A stretch of 32,639 bases of DNA, from contig CAZWPQ010000001.1 of assembly GCA_964636085.1 (NCBI GenBank), positions 1-32,639 on the forward strand, given 5' to 3'. The notes under the pieces are model-generated. The model saw only the letters and a list, made by a program, of their open reading frames with translations, ran no database searches and was not told the origin of the DNA. Below, piece by piece: positions 18,718 to 26,738 of the stretch; positions within the stretch are counted from its first letter, which is position 1; every line of letters starts with the position of its first letter. A program made the position numbers and the translations under genes. Source of the stretch: an uncultured Nitrososphaerota archaeon (GTDB lineage: Archaea; Asgardarchaeota; Njordarchaeia; Njordarchaeales; Panguiarchaeaceae).

Positions 18718-19311
18718 CTAGTATGGCTTTTCTGGCAGTATAGCATATGCGTAAAGAAGACCTACTAGGAACGATGCAACTATACAACCAACAGTGCGCA
18801 TTACTTCAGCGGTATATAGGAACATAAACATAGCGATACCAAAAATTACGGAGAGAACAACGTCGACTAAAATTATAGGTTTCGTTCTCAGGGTTCTCAC
18901 TTTTTCGTGCATATGATGTAGCATTTCTACACCAACAACCAATACAAATATCACAAGCATCCATAGATTAGGATTATCGGCACCGCCCTCTACCACTACT
19001 AGTTGGCTATATAAATAATAGACAAAGGACGCAATGAAACTTCCATAAATGAAAGAAGCAATAAGTTCAGTGAAGAAATTTCTAACTTTAATTGCCATGG
19101 GATACACGAGAGCTGTAGCCAAGAGAAATATCATGAGGCCCTCCCCAATCGTTAGTGTCCCTGGCATCTCGACACGTACGTAATATACTGCCGAAAACAC
19201 TATTACCTCTATTATTATGAACAAAAATACTTGCATCGAAATCGGTAATCTATACGCATCCTCTAGGCGCTCTAATAGCTCAAATTTAAGCTCTTCGGAC
19301 TCCTCACCCAT
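18718..19311 (-). CDS. Hypothetical six-TM membrane protein
   Basis: ~6 hydrophobic segments; polar EMLHHMHE after TM4; likely start is ATG at 19311 after GAGGTGA SD; adjacent to and co-oriented with the upstream gene. Confidence 0.75.
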   Translation of the reverse strand: MGEESEELKFELLERLEDAYRLPISMQVFLFIIIEVIVFSAVYYVRVEMPGTLTIGEGLMIFLLATALVYPMAIKVRNFFTELIASFIYGSFIASFVYYLYSQLVVVEGGADNPNLWMLVIFVLVVGVEMLHHMHEKVRTLRTKPIILVDVVLSVIFGIAMFMFLYTAEVMRTVGCIVASFLVGLLYAYAILPEKPY

Positions 19312-19316
19312 GTTCC

Positions 19317-20252
19317 TCACCTCCTCCTACGCCCCCTCGCGGAGAAGAACGGATATATTCTACCTCTCCACAGCGCGAGCTCCCTGGCATATCTCTTTCT
19401 CCATTCTAGTGAGCTAAGCTGTAGTGATCGTATAACCATGAATAGTTCTCTTGGATATGGGAGGGAGCGGAACACGACAGGCTCTTTTCTATCTCTAACC
19501 CAAACCTTAACATCGCCTATTGGGACCTCCCCAAATATATTTTTCAGTTTTTGTCTCCAGTTAATATCAATATCAATCCGAGTTATTGCGCCTCGAGGTA
19601 TTCTACCTGATAATTCATCCGCTATTTTTACATCATATAGTACTCCGGAATGCATGCCTACAATTACTGAGTATTTTTCGCGAACATAGCACTTTATGAA
19701 GTTATCTATAGCATCGGCAACTACTAGCGCCATAGCGACCACAAATAACGCAAATACGACTGGATCCAATTTTGACCCTATAAATTTTTCAACACTATCT
19801 TTGATGCCACCTATATCACTAACAACTAGGAGGAAAAAGGCTAGCGATCCTACTAGTAGCACTAGTTGTATTAGTACATACTTTATGTCCGTTGCATATG
19901 GCATCTGATACGCCCCATACAAAATATTGTCACCCTTTGTTAAACGTAGTGCTCTCTCGTAGTCCCTTGGCGTTAGGAAAACTAGCGGATCCACGAGCAT
20001 ATGGCCTCTCTTTGTCTTCATCACGATTCCTGCTTTCTCTAGCTTTATTATTGCTTTCTCAACAACCTCCTTTGGTATTTGTAGTCCCTCGCTAACCTTG
20101 TCTATTGAGAAGAACCTCTCATCTAGGTAATATCTAGTCAAATATTCGAGGACCTCGGCCATTATTGGGTCTCTCTTTTTTCGTAATATGTAATATAGAG
20201 CACTAGCCACGATCCCCCCTGCTATGGTTACTGCTACATATATAAAATCCAC
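19317..20252 (-). CDS. Membrane protein with TM - winged helix - 2 TM - bacterial PH-like (bPH_2) architecture
   Basis: wHTH-like FSIDKVSEGLQIPKEVVEKAIIKLEKAGIV; C-terminal IPRGAITRIDIDINWRQKL..FG..IGDVKV...VVFRSLPYPREL matches the bPH_2 pattern. Confidence 0.65.
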   Translation of the reverse strand: MDFIYVAVTIAGGIVASALYYILRKKRDPIMAEVLEYLTRYYLDERFFSIDKVSEGLQIPKEVVEKAIIKLEKAGIVMKTKRGHMLVDPLVFLTPRDYERALRLTKGDNILYGAYQMPYATDIKYVLIQLVLLVGSLAFFLLVVSDIGGIKDSVEKFIGSKLDPVVFALFVVAMALVVADAIDNFIKCYVREKYSVIVGMHSGVLYDVKIADELSGRIPRGAITRIDIDINWRQKLKNIFGEVPIGDVKVWVRDRKEPVVFRSLPYPRELFMVIRSLQLSSLEWRKRYARELALWRGRIYPFFSARGRRRR

Positions 20253-20392
20253 GATTCATACACCTTTAAGATCTAGTTTTTTACTGCTATAAACTTAATA
20301 AAAATATTAAAAAATGGAGGAATTGTTACTTGGGGATGTGGACTCCAAATTTATATTTATCCCCCTCCACAACTATGCGTGATGATTGGGTC

Positions 20393-20674
20393 ATGGGTAC
20401 TATTAGACTCCGATATCTTGGTCACATCTCGGATATTACTGGAAAAAAGGAGGAGAAACTTGATTTTAGGGGAGCAACTTTGTTGGAACTATTGCATGAC
20501 CTATGCGTTAGATATGGGGAAAAACTTGAAAAAATTCTCTTTGATCCAGCTACGGGGTCCCTCAGGGAGAACATTATTATTTTGGTAAATCAAAGGCCTA
20601 TTGGGGACAAATTAGATATCGCAATACATGGAAACTCTACAGTCTCTATTCTTCCATTTGTATCTGGGGGGTAG
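20393..20674 (+). CDS. MoaD/ThiS/SAMP ubiquitin-like sulfur carrier
   Basis: Beta-grasp pattern, ILVNQR, C-terminal PFVSGG; likely ATG at 20393 rather than 20330. Confidence 0.92.
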   Translation: MGTIRLRYLGHISDITGKKEEKLDFRGATLLELLHDLCVRYGEKLEKILFDPATGSLRENIIILVNQRPIGDKLDIAIHGNSTVSILPFVSGG

Positions 20675-20680
20675 GAATAT

Positions 20681-21637
20681 ATGAGTGTGGGGTCATCATC
20701 GATTATTATTAAGATAAGGAAGGGAAAATTTTCCTTTGCTACTGGTGCGCTAGGAGACATCGTTATTAGTGCTTTAGAAAGATTTTCAAAAATTATTAAA
20801 AGAGGCTATGTCGAAATATACGGTACCATCGACCAACAAGCTTTAATGGCATTCTTCATGCAGTTTCCAGAAAATTTACCAGAGTGCATCAAAGACATTT
20901 ATATAATGATCGAGAATTATAAGGCACGAGTCGTATTTTACTTAAGATTCCTTCATGGAAAACTGATAATAATATTTGGTAGCCAATTGTTGAATGATCC
21001 ACGCCTCATATGCATGATTAGGGATATTCTCAAAGCCATTAAGGATGGCAAAAACCTTTGTATATCCTTTCTCTCTGTGGGAGATATTGATTCTATTAGG
21101 AGACTAGTTACACAATGCACTTTGCCTAATGGGGCATACCTACAACTTAATGCCGATGCCGCCAACTATGTAATTAACAATAGCAAACTACTAATGAAAT
21201 ATCGCAAATTTAGGATATTTAGCACAGACAGTCCCTCCTGTATTTGTATAGATCACCCCACCTCAGTGATCGATATCTACATTGGTTCCAATATGGACAC
21301 CGCAACTATCATGAGGATATTGGATAAAGTGCTGAGCTTCAATATTCGTGGTATAGATATAATATTTGATAGGCCCGATACTGTCACTGAGATAATAAAT
21401 CTATTGGACAGTTCTATGATACATGACATGGACTATGTTTTTATTTCCAGCGACAAAATTCGGATTTTGAGAGCTTTCTCGTACGTTGAAATACTGCTAG
21501 AGACCGACAGAATACATGAAAAACCACTCCGTGATGCCATATTAAGAAGTCTAGAATTGCTAACGATTAGTAGAGCATCTCAGATAGTTATTAGGAATGA
21601 ACACCGTGTCGAGAGCAAAACGGTGGTTTCTAATTGA
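20681..21637 (+). CDS. Hypothetical protein
   Basis: 318-aa ORF 6 nt after the Ubl stop and overlapping the next start; no motif recognised. Confidence 0.7.
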   Translation: MSVGSSSIIIKIRKGKFSFATGALGDIVISALERFSKIIKRGYVEIYGTIDQQALMAFFMQFPENLPECIKDIYIMIENYKARVVFYLRFLHGKLIIIFGSQLLNDPRLICMIRDILKAIKDGKNLCISFLSVGDIDSIRRLVTQCTLPNGAYLQLNADAANYVINNSKLLMKYRKFRIFSTDSPSCICIDHPTSVIDIYIGSNMDTATIMRILDKVLSFNIRGIDIIFDRPDTVTEIINLLDSSMIHDMDYVFISSDKIRILRAFSYVEILLETDRIHEKPLRDAILRSLELLTISRASQIVIRNEHRVESKTVVSN

Positions 21638-22992
21638 TCTATACCGGAATTTCAGGAGTTATAACATTTAGCGATGATCCTTTAATAAACCGAATATTGG
21701 GCCATATGTGCCATAGACTCAAGCATAGGGGAGAACCCTGTACAATACATCTGGGCAACAATCATTATGGATACTACATAAAAACCACAGAATTTATAGG
21801 AGGCCTTACTCAATATGCTCTATTTTTTGATAAAGCCACTTTCTCTAGACTAAACATTGGAGAATACAAATGTGCACTACTTGACGGCAAAATTTATGAT
21901 CCAACAAACATACCCCTCTACAACACAGACCCCCAAAGTTGTACTGGATATTATACACTGGCAATCTTTGATGAAAAAAAATCACAACTAGAGATATACC
22001 GCGACTTTTTGGGTCGACGTCCCCTATTCTATGGATTTGAGAATAATATCTTTGTATTTGGCTCAGAGAGAAAAGCATTCAAGAAGTTTTTCAAGCCAAA
22101 ACGTCTACCACCCGGCCACCGTCTAATTCTTTCACACGACGGCCTAACATTGGAGGAATTTAAAGTCCTTAGGCCCGCCTCCCCAGACAAAGAATTAAGC
22201 GACATTCATTTTTGCTCCACCAAACTTGCGGAACTTTTGTATGATTCCGTCAGTAAGTCCCTAAACACCTCCACCGCCATTATGTTTTCCGGTGGATTGG
22301 ATTCATCCACAATTGCACGAATTGCCAGCGAGATAGGTGATGTTGAACTTTTCTCCATCGGCATGGTTAACTCTAGGGATATCAAATGGTCAAAAATGAC
22401 TGCGGATCTTTTGGGGTTGGATATAAGGATACGAGTAATTCACCCCTCCGAGCTCGAAGATTACTTATTAAAAACAATGATCGCAATAGAAAGCTCAGAC
22501 CCCTTACAAGTCCTTATCGGTGTACCAATTTATATAGTATCTGAGTTTATTCATGACTCCGGCTATAATGTCGCACTTGCAGGGCAAGGAGCCGATGAGC
22601 TATTTGGAGGATACGCCAAGTATCTTAGGATGAGTAAGGAACAATTATGTGAGTCATTATTCCAAGATGTTTACAATATATCCATCCAAAATCTAGAGAG
22701 AGACAATCACATAGCCATGGCAAATTCTATCGATCTTAGGACGCCTTATCTCTCCGACGATATCGTCAATTTTGCTCTTCGTATTCCAGTAGAACTTAAA
22801 GTGTACAGTGGAATACGTAAGTACATCCTAAGAGTCACGGCAGATAAAATTGGTGTACCTAAGGAAATCGTTTATGCGGACAAAAAAGCCATACAGTACT
22901 CTACGGGCATATCTAAACACTTTGAAAAAGCCGCCAAGAAACATGGTATGACCCTACAAGAATTCTTCAATCATATCTACGCAAAAGCTTAA
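21634..22992 (+). CDS. Asparagine synthetase B-like protein (N-terminal catalytic Cys absent)
   Basis: KHRG, RDFLGRRPLFY, FGSERK, PP-loop FSGGLDSS, GQGADELFGGY, RTPYL, RKYILR, KKAIQY. Confidence 0.88.
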   Translation: MIYTGISGVITFSDDPLINRILGHMCHRLKHRGEPCTIHLGNNHYGYYIKTTEFIGGLTQYALFFDKATFSRLNIGEYKCALLDGKIYDPTNIPLYNTDPQSCTGYYTLAIFDEKKSQLEIYRDFLGRRPLFYGFENNIFVFGSERKAFKKFFKPKRLPPGHRLILSHDGLTLEEFKVLRPASPDKELSDIHFCSTKLAELLYDSVSKSLNTSTAIMFSGGLDSSTIARIASEIGDVELFSIGMVNSRDIKWSKMTADLLGLDIRIRVIHPSELEDYLLKTMIAIESSDPLQVLIGVPIYIVSEFIHDSGYNVALAGQGADELFGGYAKYLRMSKEQLCESLFQDVYNISIQNLERDNHIAMANSIDLRTPYLSDDIVNFALRIPVELKVYSGIRKYILRVTADKIGVPKEIVYADKKAIQYSTGISKHFEKAAKKHGMTLQEFFNHIYAKA

Positions 22993-23046
22993 GTCTATCC
23001 GTCGCTTAGGACCTCTTCTTAGAGGAATCTTTAGGGTGATTATTGA

Positions 23047-23462
23047 ATGGTAAAAAACAATTGAGGAGATAAGGAAAGAACTAAATTGGCTTAGAAATAT
23101 TGAGACGACACATTCAGTGCTCATTTTTGGGTCATACCTCCATGATAGAAATCCACGTGACATAGATATATGTCTAGTGACATTGGGAAAGAACCCTGAT
23201 CTAGAGACTTATGGAGAGATTACGATGAGGGGACCTAAATGCTATGATATCACAGTTTTTGAGGGACTGCCCCTTTACATAAAAATCAATGTGATAGAGG
23301 TAAGTATCATATTATTTTCTAGAGACAAGCGTGAGCTTTATGATTATTTTTATAGATTTCGCAAAAATATGGAGAGACCAAGAATATAGGAATAGAATGA
23401 CGAGACGCGACATCGAAAAGGCACCAGAAAACTTAGCAATGAAAACCTCAAGAATAACATAA
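23047..23462 (+). pseudogene. MNT-type (pol-beta superfamily) nucleotidyltransferase with two +1 frameshifts
   Basis: GGTGA SD (23035-23039) then ATG at 23047; removing one A from A6 (23052-23057) joins MVKTIEEIRKEL.. to the LIFGS...RDIDICLV core; removing one A from A5 (23363-23367) gives YFYRFRKIWRDQEYR... ending TAA 23460-23462. Confidence 0.75.
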
Positions 23463-23478
23463 TCACTTTATCTCAGAA

Positions 23479-24057
23479 CTACTCTTCTATTTCATCTACC
23501 ACGTAAGCGTATGTCTCATTAGATATAGCACCTACTCTGTGGAGATGCGTAACTAGATCTAGTGCATTATATACGAAGTGAAGGGTAACACCAATATTGT
23601 TGAGTCGTTTTATGACGAATTTATTCCTCAAAACTATAACCAAGGCGTTATTTACAGTTGCTCCTGCATTTCTTAAAGCAACAATCGACCTAATAAGGGA
23701 ATCTCCAGTCGTCGCAACATCATCAACAATTAATATCCTTTTCTCCCTCACCCTACCCACAACTAGTTCCTCCAATCCATGATTCTTTCTACTAGAGCGA
23801 ACATAACCAAGAGGTTTATTTAGTGAAAAGGCAAGATAAGCTGCTATAGGAATACCTCCAGTCGCAACACCACAAACAACATCGAATGATTCTGGATCAA
23901 TCTTGCTAATAGCTTTCTCCATAATACTTCCGAAGAGTACAGGATAGCTTGGGAGCTCACGCATGTTTATATAAAATGATGATTTTGTGCCCGAGGATAG
24001 AGTAAACTCTCCAAAGCGTATTATGCCTAACTTATACATCAACAATATCTCATCCAT
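23479..24057 (-). CDS. pyrE: Orotate phosphoribosyltransferase
   Basis: FGEFTLSSGTKSSFYINMR, GVATGGIP, RKNHG, PRPP loop IVDDVATTGDS; likely start MDEILL at 24057. Confidence 0.95.
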   Translation of the reverse strand: MDEILLMYKLGIIRFGEFTLSSGTKSSFYINMRELPSYPVLFGSIMEKAISKIDPESFDVVCGVATGGIPIAAYLAFSLNKPLGYVRSSRKNHGLEELVVGRVREKRILIVDDVATTGDSLIRSIVALRNAGATVNNALVIVLRNKFVIKRLNNIGVTLHFVYNALDLVTHLHRVGAISNETYAYVVDEIEE

Positions 24058-24149
24058 ATGCTCAACGCCCCCATTTAGATAACAATATCCTCTATAATTC
24101 TTAATTTGTGAATTATTAACTTGGAGCCATTTCATGAAGGTCAGAAGGG

Positions 24150-25019
24150 ATGAATAAAGGAAAATGGATCGGGGAAGTTAATGAAAGAATAGGGGCAATC
24201 ATACAGTTCCGCCTAAAAAAGATAATATATGAGGATAAATCAAAGTACTATCATATAGTGGTTGCGGACACAGAACCGCTGGGCCGTATGCTACTATTCA
24301 AAGAGGGAAAAGACTATACGATACAGTCAGCCCAATATTATGATTTCTATGATGAGATGTTAGCCCATGTGCCAATGGCCTCGCATCCAAATCCCCGCAG
24401 AGTCCTTATAATAGGGGGCGGGGATGGTATAGTTTTGAGGGAGATTTTGAAATATGAAACCATAGAGGAAGTTGTTCTAGTAGAGATCGAACCTGCGGTT
24501 GTGGAGATCTCAAAAAAATATCTGCAACTGGATTGGGGGGCCCTGAGCGACCCACGCGTTTCTATAATATACGGTGATGCTGCCCGTTATGTTATGAACA
24601 TTGATAGAGAGTTTGATGTTATTATAGGTGATTATAGTGATCCATACCAAGATTTGCCAGCAGGATCCCTCGTACAGGAAAGATTTTATCAAAATGCAAA
24701 TAAGCTCCTATCTAGCAATGGTATACTAGCTGTTCAGTCAGGGTCACCAATATTTCAAAAGGATATAATGCTGAGGATATACAAAAATGCCTCAAAATTT
24801 TTTGAGCTCGTAAAGATATATTGGGCCCCCGTAATATACTATCCTGGTGGGATATGGTCATTCGTAGTGGCTACAAAAGGAATAGATCCCTCGGTTCCGA
24901 GACGTATAATGCATAATGCGGCATATTATAGCCCTGAGATACATAAAATGGCATTTATTTTGCCACCATTCATAAGAGATCTGGTGGAAAAGGATGAAAC
25001 TGAAAGAATTGATGGATAG
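24150..25019 (+). CDS. speE: Polyamine aminopropyltransferase (spermidine synthase family)
   Basis: YDEMLAHVP, VLIIGGGDG, LVEIE, FDVIIGDYSDP, YYSPEIH. Confidence 0.95.
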   Translation: MNKGKWIGEVNERIGAIIQFRLKKIIYEDKSKYYHIVVADTEPLGRMLLFKEGKDYTIQSAQYYDFYDEMLAHVPMASHPNPRRVLIIGGGDGIVLREILKYETIEEVVLVEIEPAVVEISKKYLQLDWGALSDPRVSIIYGDAARYVMNIDREFDVIIGDYSDPYQDLPAGSLVQERFYQNANKLLSSNGILAVQSGSPIFQKDIMLRIYKNASKFFELVKIYWAPVIYYPGGIWSFVVATKGIDPSVPRRIMHNAAYYSPEIHKMAFILPPFIRDLVEKDETERIDG

Positions 25020-25674
25020 AAGCCGTATCATAGTCGCTTTGGATTTTCTGAATGATAAAGTATTGGAATCCATGCAAAAAATTATGGATTATATAGCAGC
25101 TGTGAAAATAGGAATTCCAACGATATTAAGTGAGCATTACCATGTCCTTCGGGATATACTTAAAAATAGAAAAACATACGTGCTGGTAGATTTTAAACTG
25201 GCAGATATACCTCCTATAATGTCTCGTGTGATAGAAAAGTTGAGTCCACTTGCTAATGGTTTTATTGCTCATGCCTTCGTTGGTAAGCATGCGCTAGAGA
25301 ACCTTAGACAATCCATAAATAGATATAATGCTGAATTATTTCTAGTAGTAGCTATGACGCACCCCGGTGCAGAAGAATTCATAAACAAGAACTTCATGAA
25401 GTTTCTAGAAATAGCCAGCGATATTGCAGATGGCGTAGTCGCACCAGCGACATATCCGATATATATACGGGAGGCCAGAAAATATTTGGGGGATAAGATA
25501 ATAATTTCCCCTGGTATCGGCCGCCAAGGCGTGAAATATGGGGAAGCCATAAAAAATGGTGCTGACTTCGAGATAATAGGTAGATCTATCACGTTATCCG
25601 ATGATCCTATAGCCGAAATTCAAAGAATATTGGCGGCTCATAGCGATGCTCTCAAGGAGAAGGATGAATCATAA
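24994..25674 (+). CDS. pyrF: Orotidine 5'-phosphate decarboxylase
   Basis: IVALD, VKIG, DFKLADIP, MTHPG, SPGIGRQG, IIGRSI. Confidence 0.95.
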   Translation: MKLKELMDRSRIIVALDFLNDKVLESMQKIMDYIAAVKIGIPTILSEHYHVLRDILKNRKTYVLVDFKLADIPPIMSRVIEKLSPLANGFIAHAFVGKHALENLRQSINRYNAELFLVVAMTHPGAEEFINKNFMKFLEIASDIADGVVAPATYPIYIREARKYLGDKIIISPGIGRQGVKYGEAIKNGADFEIIGRSITLSDDPIAEIQRILAAHSDALKEKDES

Positions 25675-25706
25675 ATTTTTAGTGATTCTCCATGTCGCTA
25701 AAAATT
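25674..25706 (+). terminator. AT-rich hairpin right after the pyrF stop (terminator or protein-binding dyad)
   Basis: AATTTTTAGTGA (25674-25685) / TCGCTAAAAATT (25695-25706), 12 bp with one G-U, 9-nt loop. Confidence 0.45.
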
Positions 25707-25821
25707 ATAAAAATTTACATTCTTCCTTCAATAGCTTTGAGAAACTTCAGTTTTTAGAAACTCTCCTTTTGCTTCACAAGGAGATATGCCCCGTAAAAAT
25801 CGTGACGACAACACAACCCAC

Positions 25822-25829
25822 TTTATAAA
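25822..25829 (+). promoter_or_regulatory. TATA box upstream of the structured element
   Basis: TTTATAAA ending ~22 nt before the first stem at 25851, consistent with archaeal TATA-to-TSS spacing; BRE match is weak. Confidence 0.45.
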
Positions 25830-25850
25830 CAAAATTTCCAACAGATGATC

Positions 25851-26019
25851 GCTGATGCCACCACAAGCACCACATTGGGCCTCGAGCCCGGATCATGTGG
25901 AAATGGCATCAGCACACGATCTAGACAAAATTTTCTAATTCCATAGCGGGATGATACGTGCTCTGAAGTGGCCCATAGAGGCCGGGCAGAAACTTCAGGC
26001 TTTACCTATGGGTGGGATA
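25851..26019 (+). ncRNA. Putative two-hairpin structured ncRNA (H/ACA-like)
   Basis: ~52% GC by hand count, higher than its flanks; hairpin 1 has 10-bp + 6-bp + 5-bp stems followed by ACACGA; hairpin 2 has 6-7-bp + 7-bp + 4-bp stems followed by AUA; AT-rich linker between them. Confidence 0.5.
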
Positions 26020-26215
26020 TTCTTCCTAGACTAAAAACCGATAAGAACTGTAAGGAATAATTCATGTGTCGATTAGACTTTTACTGAATCTAATGCTTGT
26101 AAGTCTCTAAGATAGAAGACTGATCAATGGCACTTAAATAAAACGAAAGCCATGGCACTAAACTCATAAGGTCAGTATAAAACATTATTTCTGATATATC
26201 TTAGGTGATGATCCC

Positions 26216-26710
26216 ATGACAGAAGTGAAAATTTTTGCAGTAGATATTGAACTTCCTGAGGGTGCTTCTATAATTATAGGGCAGAGCCATTTTATGAAAA
26301 CTGTTGTAGACATTTATGAAGCGATCATAACGACGCATTCCAATATAAAATTTGGCTTGGCATTCAATGAATCCTCTGATAAGAGAAGAATCTTCTATGA
26401 TGGAAACGATGAAAATCTACAAAAACAGGCAGTAGAGATTTCAAAGAAAATAGGGGCTGGACATATCTTCGTTGTTCTTATTAAGAATGGTTGGCCTATT
26501 AATGTTCTTAATAGAATAAAAATGGTACAGGAGGTCTGCACAATATTCTGTGCTACCTCAAACCAACCACTCCAAGTAATTGTTGCCGAAACTAACATAG
26601 GTAGAGCCGTTCTCGGCGTAGTAGATGGGTATTCCCCCTTGAGAATAGAAACTGAAGAAGACAAAAAATGGAGGCTAGAGTTACTGAGAAGGATAGGATA
26701 CAAGCGATAA
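26216..26710 (+). CDS. DUF355 adenosine-specific kinase family protein
   Basis: IIGQSHFMKTV, FGLAFNESS, GAGHIF, WPINVLN, EVCTIFCAT, GRAVLGVVDG, IGYKR. Confidence 0.92.
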   Translation: MTEVKIFAVDIELPEGASIIIGQSHFMKTVVDIYEAIITTHSNIKFGLAFNESSDKRRIFYDGNDENLQKQAVEISKKIGAGHIFVVLIKNGWPINVLNRIKMVQEVCTIFCATSNQPLQVIVAETNIGRAVLGVVDGYSPLRIETEEDKKWRLELLRRIGYKR

Positions 26711-26738
26711 AAAGAATCTCAAATCTCTGGTTAATAGA

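Noticed and set aside
24058-24135. N-terminal extension of PyrE in the ORF track (similar cases for MoaD 20330-20392 and HAD 31949-31984)
   Set aside because: Upstream in-frame starts run through promoter or intergenic sequence; family-like sequence and SD motifs point to the downstream starts
25646-25828. 60-aa ORF overlapping the pyrF end
   Set aside because: No SD or motif; runs across the AT-rich hairpin; probably spurious
25852-25993. Hammerhead ribozyme or C/D box sRNA (CTGATG, CTGAAG...GAAA, ATGATA...CTGA)
   Set aside because: Cores read CUGAUGC and CUGAAGU rather than CUGANGA, stem II geometry is wrong, and C-to-D spacing is too short for a guide
25845-26060. Decayed methyltransferase pseudogene (LEPGSCGNG...YGWDI in one + frame)
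   Set aside because: Motif spacing is atypical, there is an in-frame stop, and the perfect stems explain the sequence better; not fully excluded without tblastx
25675-26215. RNase P RNA, SRP RNA, 5S rRNA or tRNA as the identity of the intergenic element
   Set aside because: No GAGGAAAGUCC-like CR-I, no SRP helix-8 motif, no cloverleaf or TTCGA T-loop; the 5S-like GGCCCATAGAGGCCGGG fragment does not extend
25675-26215. Replication origin or bridge-RNA/IS element
   Set aside because: No repeated ORB boxes with G-strings, and no adjacent cdc6/orc1, IS110 recombinase or transposase
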